Positions 18,260-27,414 are shown, counted from the stretch's first letter. The stretch is DNA of 64,000 nt from Candidatus Daviesbacteria bacterium (GCA_028712705.1 JAQTPP010000003.1:64052-128051); one strand, 5' to 3'. The notes: generated by a model from the letters alone, not told the origin. Numbers and translations are program-made.

Positions 18260-19006
18260 TTAACCAAATTTTCTAATAGCGCTACTTTGTGCTTGAAGTT
18301 CTAAAGTATCATTCAGGGGTTCCAGTTCAATTTTCCCGCCATATTTTACTTCCAGAGCTTTTTTCAGCAGCCAATCAGCAAGTTTTGGATTTTTGGGCAA
18401 AAGCGAGCCATGCATATAAGTGCCGACGGCATTTTTATAAATACAGCCTTCAGTCTGATCCTCCCTGTTATTGCCAAAGCCTTTTACTACCATGCCTAAA
18501 GGTAAAGCGCCTTTTTTCAGGTAAGTTTTTCCGGAATGATTTTCAAATCCTACTAATTTGCCAAACATAGATTCGATTATGATATTGCCGATCATCCGGT
18601 CATGGCTTGCTACAGTATATGCTGGAAATAGTCCTACGCCAGGAAGCTTTGGGCCATTGTGGGGTTTATAATAATCCCCTAAAAGCTGGTAACCACCGCA
18701 AATAGCCAGAAGAGGAACTCCTCTTTCAACTTCTGATTTTATGCTTTTTCCCTTGCTACTTACTACCAAATCCCTTGCTACTAACTCTTGTGCCTGATCT
18801 TGCCCGCCTCCGAAAAAGTAAATATTGATTTTTTTACTTGACACATCGGATGTGTAAAGTTTATCGTCTATAGAAATATTTTTGACGTCAACCTTAATTC
18901 CTCTCCACTCTGCCCGCTTTTTCAGGGCAATGATATTGCCTGTGTCCCCATAAATATTCATCAGATCGCCGTAAAGATAACCGATTGTAATTTTCATTTT
19001 ATTCAT
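18260..19006 (-). CDS. gatD: lipid II isoglutaminyl synthase, glutaminase subunit GatD (CobQ-type GATase)
   Basis: 248 aa. MKITIGYLYGDLMNIYGDTGN, conserved Cys in LLAICGGYQLLG. Overlaps the murT end by 8 nt. Confidence 0.75.
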   Translation of the reverse strand: MNKMKITIGYLYGDLMNIYGDTGNIIALKKRAEWRGIKVDVKNISIDDKLYTSDVSSKKINIYFFGGGQDQAQELVARDLVVSSKGKSIKSEVERGVPLLAICGGYQLLGDYYKPHNGPKLPGVGLFPAYTVASHDRMIGNIIIESMFGKLVGFENHSGKTYLKKGALPLGMVVKGFGNNREDQTEGCIYKNAVGTYMHGSLLPKNPKLADWLLKKALEVKYGGKIELEPLNDTLELQAQSSAIRKFG

Positions 19007-20360
19007 CCTCCCAGTAATGTTTCTTGATGCCGGCTTTAGTCAGGATTGATTGCAGTTCCAGCATGGCAGTATATGTGGGAAGGATGAACAGTTTGCCTTT
19101 TAAGCCCATTCCAGCTTGTTTCAGAGCCTGTTTCAGGTCCGGTTGTATTTTAATTTCTTTAGGATTAAAATTGGCATATTTCAAGCGGAGCGCCAGATCA
19201 TTTGCCCTGGAACCGGAAGCAATTATTGTATAGTCCCTCGACTTCGCTCGTTCAGAAAGATTCGATGAATTTTGAATGAGTTCAAAATTCGCATCCCAGA
19301 TCCATGATACGTCTGTACCGTCCGCAATATTGTCATTTAATGCCAGAAGCATTCTGTCCCCGGGTTTGATATTTGGTGCAATAGTTTCAAAGACCTGGGT
19401 AGCTCCGGCCGGATTTTTGATCAGGAAAATATACCCCATGTATCCTACCTCGGAGGTAGGAGTACGATGAGACGTAGGGTTTAAATGGAATTTCTCGACC
19501 CTGCCAAAGGCAGGTGAATAGGTTTTCAAGGACAAAACCATTTCATCAGGATCTATATTTAACATTGTTCCTGCTGCAAAGGCAGCCAAAAAATCATAGA
19601 TATGGTAGATACCGGGAACCGGAAGATGGACGATGGAAGATTGATAATGGAGAGAAAGTGAGAATGAAATTCCGGTTAACCCGTTTGTTTTGACATTTTT
19701 TGCTTCAAAATCCAAGTTTTCGATTTCTTTCTTGTGAATAATTGATTCTCCGGCAATCGTGTAATCCTTGACACCAAATTTTTGAACTTTACCTCTAAAA
19801 CAGGCAGCCAGCTTTAATATGTTGGCATCGTCGCCGTTAACTAAAACCGCAGTTTCCGAAGAGAGCTTTTTTAGTGCCTGGCACCAGTTTTTGGTCACAG
19901 TATCAATTTCACCATAACGGTCAAGTTGATCACGGAAGACATTCAAAAAGATCACAACTTCAGGGTTTAGCTTTGGAGTAACGTTGTTGAAAGCTGCCTC
20001 ATCCAGTTCCCAAATCCCTAGGTCAAAATTTAGCCTGCAACCTTTCAGGTTGACGCACAGGTTGACGCATGAAATTAGAGTAGAGGCGATGCCGCGCTCA
20101 AGATTGGAACCGGTATGATTTCTGATAACTTTAAGTCCTGTTTCTTTTGCAAAATGGGCCAGCATTTTGGCAGTAGTGGTTTTGCCGTTAGTTCCGGTTA
20201 TCACTACATTTTTGGGGATTTTAGCAGCTAATTTTGCAACCAGATTCGGTTCGATAGACAGGGCATATAAACCCGGAGCAGCTGATCCTCCTCCGAGTTT
20301 AAAATTACGGGTGAGGAAAAAAATTAGTTTACCTACTAAAATGGCCAGAATAAATCGCAT
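18999..20360 (-). CDS. murT: lipid II isoglutaminyl synthase, Mur-ligase-like subunit MurT
   Basis: P-loop VITGTNGKTTTAKM, Mur ligase middle domain, DUF1727-like C-terminus. Likely start is the ATG at 20360 (MRFILAIL), 6 nt after TTATAAT. Confidence 0.8.
   Translation of the reverse strand: MRFILAILVGKLIFFLTRNFKLGGGSAAPGLYALSIEPNLVAKLAAKIPKNVVITGTNGKTTTAKMLAHFAKETGLKVIRNHTGSNLERGIASTLISCVNLCVNLKGCRLNFDLGIWELDEAAFNNVTPKLNPEVVIFLNVFRDQLDRYGEIDTVTKNWCQALKKLSSETAVLVNGDDANILKLAACFRGKVQKFGVKDYTIAGESIIHKKEIENLDFEAKNVKTNGLTGISFSLSLHYQSSIVHLPVPGIYHIYDFLAAFAAGTMLNIDPDEMVLSLKTYSPAFGRVEKFHLNPTSHRTPTSEVGYMGYIFLIKNPAGATQVFETIAPNIKPGDRMLLALNDNIADGTDVSWIWDANFELIQNSSNLSERAKSRDYTIIASGSRANDLALRLKYANFNPKEIKIQPDLKQALKQAGMGLKGKLFILPTYTAMLELQSILTKAGIKKHYWEDE
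19445..19482. repeat. palindromic repeat (family 2) inside the murT coding sequence
   Basis: CCTACCTCGGAGGTAGG palindrome followed by agtacgatgagacgtagggt; close homologue at 55398-55439. In frame: HRTPTSEVGYMG. Confidence 0.5.
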
Positions 20361-20372
20361 GTGAGCATTATA

Positions 20373-20405
20373 ACTAGTCACTAGTCACTAGTCACTAGTC
20401 ACTAG
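20373..20405. repeat. tandem heptanucleotide repeat (ACTAGTC) x 4.7
   Basis: Exact tandem copies immediately upstream of the murT -10 box and start. Confidence 0.9.
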
Positions 20406-20411
20406 AGTTAT

Positions 20412-21008
20412 TTATCTTAAGGCTAATTGGCCCGAGATGGCAGCTATCTTTGGAACAAAACCGATATTTGCCTGCATATTTTCGCCTTCAAAAGTGTTTG
20501 CGAACTTTTCTAAATCATTCATGAAATATGAAACCTTTCCACCCCAATAAGGGGAAGCAGCATAAACTCTGTTTATGGAATAAGGGTTTGTTAAACCTTT
20601 GTTTAAGTAATTTTCGCGTAAACCTTTAGCGACAGTAAAAATAGCTTCTCTCCATGAACTAAAATAAATAGCCTGGGTGCCATAAACTCCCCAACCCCAT
20701 CCATTAAAACCTCCCGGTATAGCTTTTCCGAAAGTGGATTCAACGCCTGCGATTGAGGGTAGAAGTTTCCAGTCTAAATTATATTCGTTGGCAGCATCAA
20801 TAAAATCCTGCGCATGATATTGCAGCGGAGAATCAAATTTTTTCAAATAGGCAGCTAAAATTTCTGCTTTGCTATCCAATTTTCTGGATTGCACCTGGGT
20901 AACCTGGTCAGTAATTTCCATCTTTTTTTCCGCCCGAACTTGCATGTTTGGGAAAAGGAATAGAAGAGTTAATAAAAAATAAAAAATTTTTAATTTTTTT
21001 GTTTTCAT
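20412..21008 (-). CDS. secreted or anchored glucosaminidase-like (FlgJ/Acm-type) peptidoglycan hydrolase, paralog 1
   Basis: 198 aa. N-terminal signal/TM region, LLPSIAGVESTFGK motif. Confidence 0.55.
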   Translation of the reverse strand: MKTKKLKIFYFLLTLLFLFPNMQVRAEKKMEITDQVTQVQSRKLDSKAEILAAYLKKFDSPLQYHAQDFIDAANEYNLDWKLLPSIAGVESTFGKAIPGGFNGWGWGVYGTQAIYFSSWREAIFTVAKGLRENYLNKGLTNPYSINRVYAASPYWGGKVSYFMNDLEKFANTFEGENMQANIGFVPKIAAISGQLALR

Positions 21009-21133
21009 AGCTTTTAAAAAACCCGTACCAGAGGGTACAGGTTTTTAAGACCGATAGTATAACAGAAAAGGAGTCAGAAGTCAAACTATTACCTCGAAGG
21101 AGTCAAAGCTTACCTTCGAGATGACTGCAAGAA

Positions 21134-21736
21134 TTATCGCAGTTCTTCCATGAAGGTAAAAACGCCTTTAGCCCAGCTTCCGTCCACGAGCAGAGATGGA
21201 GGTGTGTATTTGGTCATTATCTGGTATGGTGTTTTTAAACCTTGATTTAAGTAGTCCTCGCGCAGGGCTTTGCCAACCCTTTCAATTGCCTCTTCCCATG
21301 AATTAAATTTGAGCACCATACCGCCATATATGCCGTATCCGAATGGATTATAGGAATGATTAATAACTTTTTTCCCGCCGTTTGATTCCTGCATGGCGAT
21401 TGAAGGCAATAACCGGTAGTCCAACTGGTATTTATCGGCAACCTGGATAAAAATATGGCTATAATCGGATAAGGGTGATTTGTAATTTTTCAAAAAATCC
21501 TCAATTATTTTTGCCCTGCCGTCAGCATAGTTTATTTCGTCTGTAATAGATGTTCCGGATTTAGGTAAAGCTGCATATAGCTTAAAGCTTTGTCCGCCAG
21601 CTGGCGGATTGGGTTTAATTATTTTAGTGTTTGAGAGGTACAAGGTAAAAGTAAGTGAAAATATTAAAGCGGTAGTTGCTGCTGCAAACCAGGCGGCAAC
21701 AAACCACACATTGGTTTTAAGGTTGAGATTGTCCAT
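21134..21736 (-). CDS. glucosaminidase-like protein, paralog 2
   Basis: 200 aa. LLPSIAMQESNGGK; colinear with 20412-21008 along its length. Confidence 0.55.
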   Translation of the reverse strand: MDNLNLKTNVWFVAAWFAAATTALIFSLTFTLYLSNTKIIKPNPPAGGQSFKLYAALPKSGTSITDEINYADGRAKIIEDFLKNYKSPLSDYSHIFIQVADKYQLDYRLLPSIAMQESNGGKKVINHSYNPFGYGIYGGMVLKFNSWEEAIERVGKALREDYLNQGLKTPYQIMTKYTPPSLLVDGSWAKGVFTFMEELR

Positions 21737-21822
21737 CTGCTAAAAATTTCTGCAATTGATAGTAACCAGAATTTTTGTCTTTTGTCAATACTTCGGCGAT
21801 CTGCGCGCAGGCATTTTTGAGA

Positions 21823-22842
21823 TTATTCTACTTCTAAAATGGTGCCGGCTAATTTTTGCGGATCGTGGCGGAAAAGATGTTCCCTGATATGATAAACAGC
21901 CAAAGGTTTTTGTACTATTTTTATGCCGGGGGAAATTTTTCTGCATTCAGCCTCGTCTACTACTACAGGTTGCTGCTTATCTTTTTTATAGACTTTTAAG
22001 ACGCCGCTGTCTAATCCATTGGAATTTGCAACCATCACATCTATCCTGTTTTTGCCACCCAGGTAATATGAGAAGCTTTTTAGATAATCGGAGGCTTTAA
22101 AGTTGTCTGTTTCCCCTATTTTGGTCATCAAGTTGAGCACAAGGACTACTTTTGCTTTTGATCCCTCAATTGCCTCTTTTATTCCGGCAACCAAAAGATG
22201 AGGTAAAACGCTGGTGTACAAATCGCCCATAGAGAAGACTATTTTTTCAGCATCGGTAATAACTTGCAGTACTTCCGGGTTTGGGTCTGCATTGGTTTCA
22301 AAATAAACCTTGGTGATTTTCTTCTTTTTATTATAGTCTTCCTTTTCCCCTCTTAAGTCTATATTAGTTTCTCCATCCAATTCCTCTCCGCCTTCCAGTT
22401 TTGCCATCAGATTTAGTTCTGATATGCTCACAGGTAAAACCCTGGATCTGATTCTAAAAAGCAAGCGTTCTGCCTCTACGCCTCTGTCCGCGCCTTTATA
22501 AATGTGTTCTAACCTGGCGGCAATTAAGTTGCCCAGACTATGGCCTTTTAGCGGGCCTTCAATGTCTGCTAACCTGTCATCAAAAAGCTTTTGGGCAACC
22601 TGGCGCTGTTTGGGGTCTTCCATTAAAGCCAGTAAGCATTGTCTGATGTCTCCGGGAGGCAAAACTCCCAGTTCGGTTCTTAATCTGCCTGATGATCCGC
22701 CTGAATCCCAGGTGCCAACAACTGCACTGATCAGTTCCGGCTGGTTTAGTTCTACCAAACCGCGAAGAAGAGAAAAATGTCCTGTCCCTCCGCCAAAAGT
22801 GACTATTTTTTGCTGGAAAGGATACTTTTTGCCGTTTGCCAT
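21823..22842 (-). CDS. YvcK/CofD-family gluconeogenesis factor
   Basis: 339 aa. KIVTFGGGTGHFSLLRGL...VVGTWDSGGSSGRLR. Confidence 0.75.
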   Translation of the reverse strand: MANGKKYPFQQKIVTFGGGTGHFSLLRGLVELNQPELISAVVGTWDSGGSSGRLRTELGVLPPGDIRQCLLALMEDPKQRQVAQKLFDDRLADIEGPLKGHSLGNLIAARLEHIYKGADRGVEAERLLFRIRSRVLPVSISELNLMAKLEGGEELDGETNIDLRGEKEDYNKKKKITKVYFETNADPNPEVLQVITDAEKIVFSMGDLYTSVLPHLLVAGIKEAIEGSKAKVVLVLNLMTKIGETDNFKASDYLKSFSYYLGGKNRIDVMVANSNGLDSGVLKVYKKDKQQPVVVDEAECRKISPGIKIVQKPLAVYHIREHLFRHDPQKLAGTILEVE

Positions 22843-22880
22843 TTAGTGGATATTATACAACACTGGTATAATTAACAAGC

Positions 22881-22966
22881 GCCGAAGTGATGGAATGGTA
22901 GACATGCAACGTTCAGAACGTTGTGAGCGCAAGCTCGTGCAGGTTCAACTCCTGTCTTCGGCACCA
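22881..22966 (+). tRNA. tRNA-Leu (anticodon CAG), CCA encoded
   Basis: GCCGAAGTGATGGAATGGTAGAC..., anticodon loop ttCAGaa, long variable arm, ends ...CTTCGGCACCA. TGGTATAAT lies just upstream (22866-22874). Confidence 0.85.
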
Positions 22967-22967
22967 T

Positions 22968-23051
22968 GCCGGGGTGCTGAAATTGGTAAACAGACTACCT
23001 TGAGGTGGTAGCGCCCGTAAGGGCTTGCAGGTTCAAGTCCTGTCCCCGGCA
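22968..23051 (+). tRNA. tRNA-Leu (anticodon GAG)
   Basis: GCCGGGGTGCTGAAATTGGTAAAC..., anticodon loop ttGAGgt. Only 1 nt from the preceding tRNA. Confidence 0.85.
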
Positions 23052-23057
23052 CTGAAA

Positions 23058-23129
23058 GGGCACTTAGCTCAGCGGTAGAGCGCTTCGTTTACATCGAAGA
23101 TGTCGGGGGTTCAAATCCCTCAGTGCCCA
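23058..23129 (+). tRNA. tRNA-Val (anticodon TAC)
   Basis: GGGCACTTAGCTCAGCGGTAGAGC..., anticodon loop ttTACat. Confidence 0.85.
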
Positions 23130-23162
23130 CTTGTAGATGTACATGATATAATCCCAAAATAT

Positions 23163-24926
23163 ATGTGTGGGATATTTGGATACATTGGATCTAAGAATGC
23201 TTCCGAGGTAATTTTGGAAGGTTTAAAAAGACTGGAATACCGGGGTTATGATTCTTGGGGTATTGCGGTAGTAGCAGATCAGATTAAGCTTAATAAAAAA
23301 GTTGGAGCGATTGGCGATTTGAACCAACTAATTAATCTGCCAAAATCCAATGCCGGGATTGGCCATACCCGCTGGGCAACTCATGGAGGAGTGACCCAAA
23401 CAAACGCCCATCCGCATTTTTCTTCAGACAAATCTTTTGTCCTTGCGCAAAACGGCATTGTGGAAAATTACCAAAAGCTCAAGCACTATTTGAAGAACAA
23501 AGGAGCGAAGTTTGCGACAGAGACCGATACAGAAGTAATTGTCCGGCTGATAGAAGACAAGCTAAAGGACAGCAAGGATTTACAAGAAGCCGTAAGGAGA
23601 GCTTTTTTGCTCCTTGAGGGGAGAAATACCATTATTCTTGTGACAAAAAAAGGCCGGATTATAGCTTGCCGGAATGGCTCCCCTTTGGTGGTGGGAATTA
23701 ACGGCAAAGAAATATTTTTTTCTTCCGATACACTATCGTTTGCTCCTTATGTAAACAGAATAATAGTTGTAGAAAACGGGCAGATGATAACCTGGAGTGG
23801 CAAGCTGCAACTTAGGGATATCAAATCCAACAAAGATTTGCCTTATCATTCGGAGAAGATTGATTTTAAAAACAGCAAAGTTGATAAAGAAGGTTATGAT
23901 CATTTCATGCTTAAGGAAATTCATGAGAGCCCTTATGTCATCAGTCAGGTTTTAAATCAAGACTTTAAGTTATATGAGGATTTCATCAAAACATTAAAAG
24001 AAGCCAAAAATGTTTATACAGTCGGTTCCGGATCAGCCGGCATCGCCGCATCGGAGGTCGCTTTTTACCTTCGGGTATTTGCTCAAGTTAACGCAAGAAG
24101 CGTCATAGGCGCTGATATGTATGACTACTATGATTTATTAACTAAGGATGATTTGATCATTGCTCCTTCGCAATCCGGTGAAACAGCAGATGTTTTGGAA
24201 GTTCTGGAAATTGCCAAGAAGAAAGGTGTTAAGGTTGCCTCATATGTTAATATGCCTGGTTCTACTATGACCAGAATGTCTGATTACAAATTTCACTCAC
24301 ACGCAGGACCGGAGATTTGTGTGATGTCCACTAAAGTTTTTACCTCACAAATTGCCTGGGGATATCTGATAGCAAAAATGGCAAGCGGAAAAAGCAAAGA
24401 AGGAAGAGTTAACTTAAAGAAATTAGCTGAGGAAATGGATAAATACTTGAATACAAATACAAACCACGAAGCGATCAGGAATCTGGCAAAAATTTTAGCT
24501 AAACATAAAGATATCTTTCTGCTGGGCAAATATCAAAATTTTAATATTATCAGTGAAGGAATGGTTAAAATAATAGAAGGATCATACATACATGCTCATG
24601 GTATCCCTGCAGGAGACTTAAAGCATTATGCAATAACCTTGATGGAAAAGGGTGTACCGGTAATTGCGGTGGTATCAGAGGATTTGGCCAAGGATGACGT
24701 GATAAATGCAGTTAATCAGGTTAAGGCAAGAGGCGCAACAGTAATCGGCATTTCTCCCGCTGCCTGCGCTGTCTTTGACCACTATATTCCTGTTCCTGAC
24801 AGCGGTGAAACTTCTGCCATCATGAATATAATCCCCTTGCAGCTCCTGGCTTATTATATGGCTGTAAACTTAGGTCATAACGTAGATAAGCCCAGAAATA
24901 TTGCCAAAAGTGTAACAGTTAAGTAA
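23163..24926 (+). CDS. glmS: glutamine--fructose-6-phosphate aminotransferase
   Basis: MCGIFGYIG N-terminal nucleophile, two SIS domains, C-terminus ...AKSVTVK. TATAAT at 23147-23152 sits 10 nt before the ATG. Confidence 0.9.
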   Translation: MCGIFGYIGSKNASEVILEGLKRLEYRGYDSWGIAVVADQIKLNKKVGAIGDLNQLINLPKSNAGIGHTRWATHGGVTQTNAHPHFSSDKSFVLAQNGIVENYQKLKHYLKNKGAKFATETDTEVIVRLIEDKLKDSKDLQEAVRRAFLLLEGRNTIILVTKKGRIIACRNGSPLVVGINGKEIFFSSDTLSFAPYVNRIIVVENGQMITWSGKLQLRDIKSNKDLPYHSEKIDFKNSKVDKEGYDHFMLKEIHESPYVISQVLNQDFKLYEDFIKTLKEAKNVYTVGSGSAGIAASEVAFYLRVFAQVNARSVIGADMYDYYDLLTKDDLIIAPSQSGETADVLEVLEIAKKKGVKVASYVNMPGSTMTRMSDYKFHSHAGPEICVMSTKVFTSQIAWGYLIAKMASGKSKEGRVNLKKLAEEMDKYLNTNTNHEAIRNLAKILAKHKDIFLLGKYQNFNIISEGMVKIIEGSYIHAHGIPAGDLKHYAITLMEKGVPVIAVVSEDLAKDDVINAVNQVKARGATVIGISPAACAVFDHYIPVPDSGETSAIMNIIPLQLLAYYMAVNLGHNVDKPRNIAKSVTVK

Positions 24927-24979
24927 TTAGCCTGAAGAACTACTTTGTATTTCAATACTTTTTCTGATAGTTTAGACAA

Positions 24980-25447
24980 ATGGTAAAAAAATGCTCAAAA
25001 TGTGGTTTGGAGAAAGAAGCAAACGAGTTTTATATGCGTAAAAAGCACAGAACCGGAGAATATTATGAAAACTGTAAAGATTGTATGAGAAAGCGTGGTA
25101 GGAGTTATTACTATGATAATCACGATCGTCAATTGTGCCTTGCAAAACTAAGAAAACAAAGATACATAGAGGAACGAAAGATTTGGCTGAATGAAATAAA
25201 AAACAAACCGTGTGCAGATTGTGGTAAAATCTATCCACCTTGGGTGATGGATTTTGATCATAGAGATGGCGAGTTGAAGGTAGGTAGTATTTCGTTTCTA
25301 GCAATACATAACACATCGAACTTTGAAAAAATTAAAAACGAGATGGAAAAATGTGATTTAGTTTGTGCTAATTGTCACCGGCAAAGAACACATGTTAGAT
25401 TAAGTAAGACTGCCGAAGTTGCCAACATGGTTAAGGCGCCGCTCTGA
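24980..25447 (+). CDS. stand-alone HNH endonuclease / zinc-finger protein
   Basis: 155 aa. CSKCG...CKDC N-terminal zinc knuckle. HNH core DFDHRDG ... CANCHRQRTH. Confidence 0.65.
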   Translation: MVKKCSKCGLEKEANEFYMRKKHRTGEYYENCKDCMRKRGRSYYYDNHDRQLCLAKLRKQRYIEERKIWLNEIKNKPCADCGKIYPPWVMDFDHRDGELKVGSISFLAIHNTSNFEKIKNEMEKCDLVCANCHRQRTHVRLSKTAEVANMVKAPL

Positions 25448-25593
25448 AGAAGCGGTTATCGGTGTTCGATTCACCGCTTCGGCACATTAAAACAGCTAAA
25501 TTGTTGTAAAGTGGGAAGCGACCGAGTCGCCTTTGGAGACTTGCCACGGCGACAGGTCATGGGTACGTATGAGGAAATTAAAAAGATTTTAAT

Positions 25594-25665
25594 GCGGCGG
25601 TAGTTCAGTGGTAGAATGTCTCGTTGCCAACGAGAAGGTCGCCGGTTCAAATCCGGTCCGCCGCT
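25594..25665 (+). tRNA. tRNA-Gly (anticodon GCC)
   Basis: GCGGCGGTAGTTCAGTGGTAGAATG..., anticodon loop ttGCCaa, T-loop TTCAAAT. Confidence 0.85.
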
Positions 25666-25669
25666 CACA

Positions 25670-25690
25670 AGTAGTTCAGTGGTAGAAATG
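25670..25690 (+). other. partial duplicate of the tRNA-Gly(GCC) 5' half
   Basis: GTAGTTCAGTGGTAGAA, 4 nt after the tRNA 3' end, repeats 17 nt of the tRNA's acceptor/D-arm. Confidence 0.5.
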
Positions 25691-25727
25691 GCAGTTTTAC
25701 TATAAAACGTATAATATAATTGGTCTT

Positions 25728-26501
25728 ATGGTAATGGGCAAACAAGAGACAGGAAACGACTATGCTCCTTTTAGAGATGAATTATCTGAAGCTAATATAG
25801 ATAGCAGTGGGTATTTTTCTAGAATTACAACATTTGAAAATAATCCAGATTTAGTTATTAGAATTCGAAAACAGAAATCTTATAACTATTTTTCAAAAAT
25901 CCAGGGTGTTAATGTTTTAGCTGTTAATAGGTGCGAACTATTAAAACTAGAAAAGCATGGACTCACTCTACCAAGGTTTATGTCAGTACTTGGAGCAATA
26001 GGAAAATTAAATCCTGTAACTTATTTCATTATAACAGATAGGATTTATGGTGTTGATTTAAGACAGCTTAGATACTCAGAATTAAGTCAGGACGAATTAG
26101 CAAATGCGACAAAACAAATTGATACATCTTTTACTGGAATTGCCAGCTATCTGCATGAAAGATCTAGAAAAAGTGGTTGGTATATAGCCGATGCTTCTTA
26201 CAATGTACGCCATACACAGTTTATGTATGGAAGAAGAAGGGGTGAAACAGAAAGCCGTGTCTATTATGTTGATCTCGGACCTACTCTCCAATATTACTCT
26301 GTCGATGATATCTCCTTTCCTGATTACTATGAAGTAGCAGTAAGGGATTTATATTATTTAATAAGCAGTACGGAGCGTAGATTAAATTCAGTCTTGGATG
26401 ATTCAAGAGTTACTTTATCAGCTTTACTTCTTGACCTTTATCCCAAAAGTTGGTGGTTAAAGGAATTGATAAATTCTGAAGGAAGATTTTTACGGCTCTA
26501 G
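25728..26501 (+). CDS. hypothetical protein
   Basis: 257-aa ORF with no recognisable motif. TATAAT about 10 nt upstream. Confidence 0.55.
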   Translation: MVMGKQETGNDYAPFRDELSEANIDSSGYFSRITTFENNPDLVIRIRKQKSYNYFSKIQGVNVLAVNRCELLKLEKHGLTLPRFMSVLGAIGKLNPVTYFIITDRIYGVDLRQLRYSELSQDELANATKQIDTSFTGIASYLHERSRKSGWYIADASYNVRHTQFMYGRRRGETESRVYYVDLGPTLQYYSVDDISFPDYYEVAVRDLYYLISSTERRLNSVLDDSRVTLSALLLDLYPKSWWLKELINSEGRFLRL

Positions 26502-26528
26502 CTGAAGAAACAGAATTTGTTAAAAAAT

Positions 26529-26557
26529 CCGGCCTACAACGGCCGGATTTCAATAAT
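26529..26557 (+). terminator. candidate intrinsic terminator
   Basis: TCCGGCCtacaacGGCCGGA hairpin followed by TTTCAATAAT. Confidence 0.45.
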
Positions 26558-26592
26558 TACCAAAATATATAACCGCTAGCGATTATATACTT

Positions 26593-26781
26593 TTATTTTT
26601 TACCCCCAACCAATACGTATACCTTATAAAGGCCTGCCAAACCTACTACCATGTAAACTACTCTGGTGAGCAATGTACCAGCTCCTAAAACTGTCTCAAC
26701 AACATTAAGGCCCAAAAGTCCAACCAATCCCATGTTAACAGCACCGAGCACTAATACCCAAGCTACCAATTGTTTTGTATT
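26593..26781 (-). CDS. small membrane protein, DUF378-like
   Basis: Start at MNTKQLVAWVLVLGAVNMGLVGL... with two TM helices. The ORF track extension to 26835 is probably spurious. Confidence 0.5.
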   Translation of the reverse strand, partial: NTKQLVAWVLVLGAVNMGLVGLLGLNVVETVLGAGTLLTRVVYMVVGLAGLYKVYVLVGGKK

Positions 26782-26926
26782 CATGTATCTATTATCACCT
26801 CCTCTTTTTAAAAACTCTACTTCCATTGTTGGCATACTTTTAAATCATAGTCAATACCTTGATAGTCTATATTGGAGTATTTAAGGTATAATGTGTACAG
26901 AATAATTAGAATTGGAGGTGATAAAT

Positions 26927-27205
26927 TTGGATAAATCAGGAGATGGTTGCTGTAAAGATAGTAAATCTATAGGCAAAGTTGTTCACTACTATGATAAGTT
27001 AGGAGTGGCTATTGTGGATTTGGAGTCAGGTGGGTTGAAAGTGGGAGATGAAGTTAAATTTAAAAGAGGAGATGAAGAGTTCGTTCAAAAAATTGACAGT
27101 CTGCAGGTAGATCACAAGGATGTGGACTCGGTGAAAAAAGGAGACTCCTTTGGCTTGAAAGTAGACCAACCCACCAAGCCAGGAACAGAAGTTTATTTAG
27201 TTTAA
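26927..27205 (+). CDS. small hypothetical protein (beta-barrel-like)
   Basis: GGAGGTG SD at 26914-26920, then TTG at 26927 (6-nt spacing). 92 aa: MDKSGDGCCK...VGDEVKF... Confidence 0.5.
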   Translation: MDKSGDGCCKDSKSIGKVVHYYDKLGVAIVDLESGGLKVGDEVKFKRGDEEFVQKIDSLQVDHKDVDSVKKGDSFGLKVDQPTKPGTEVYLV

Positions 27206-27278
27206 GTACATTGGCAATGCGCTTCAATTAATTGAATTTGGTATTGAATTTGGTATGGTAGAATCGTCCAAAAATCAA

Positions 27279-27349
27279 TGCGGGATCGTCTAATGGTAGG
27301 ACGACAGACTTTGGATCTGTCTATCATGGTTCGAATCCATGTCCCGCAG
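27279..27349 (+). tRNA. tRNA-Gln (anticodon TTG)
   Basis: TGCGGGATCGTCTAATGGTAGGAC..., anticodon loop ctTTGga, T-loop TTCGAAT. Confidence 0.8.
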
Positions 27350-27414
27350 CTACTCACCCACACACTTTTTAGCCATCTGATAAGATTTTAATAAGCGGAG
27401 CTTGTCAGCGATGC

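Noticed and set aside
20373-20405. (ACTAGTC)n tandem repeat as a CRISPR array
   Set aside because: The units are 7 bp with no spacers. It is a simple microsatellite.
22502-22846. ORF 22502-22846 (+)
   Set aside because: Antisense within the YvcK-like gene.
23100-23162. ORF-track N-terminal extension of glmS (MSGVQIPQ...)
   Set aside because: The extension starts inside tRNA-Val(TAC). glmS canonically begins MCGI, and there is a TATAAT 10 nt upstream of that ATG.
24972-25316. ORF 24972-25316 (-)
   Set aside because: Antisense to the HNH endonuclease gene; hydrophobic low-complexity frame.
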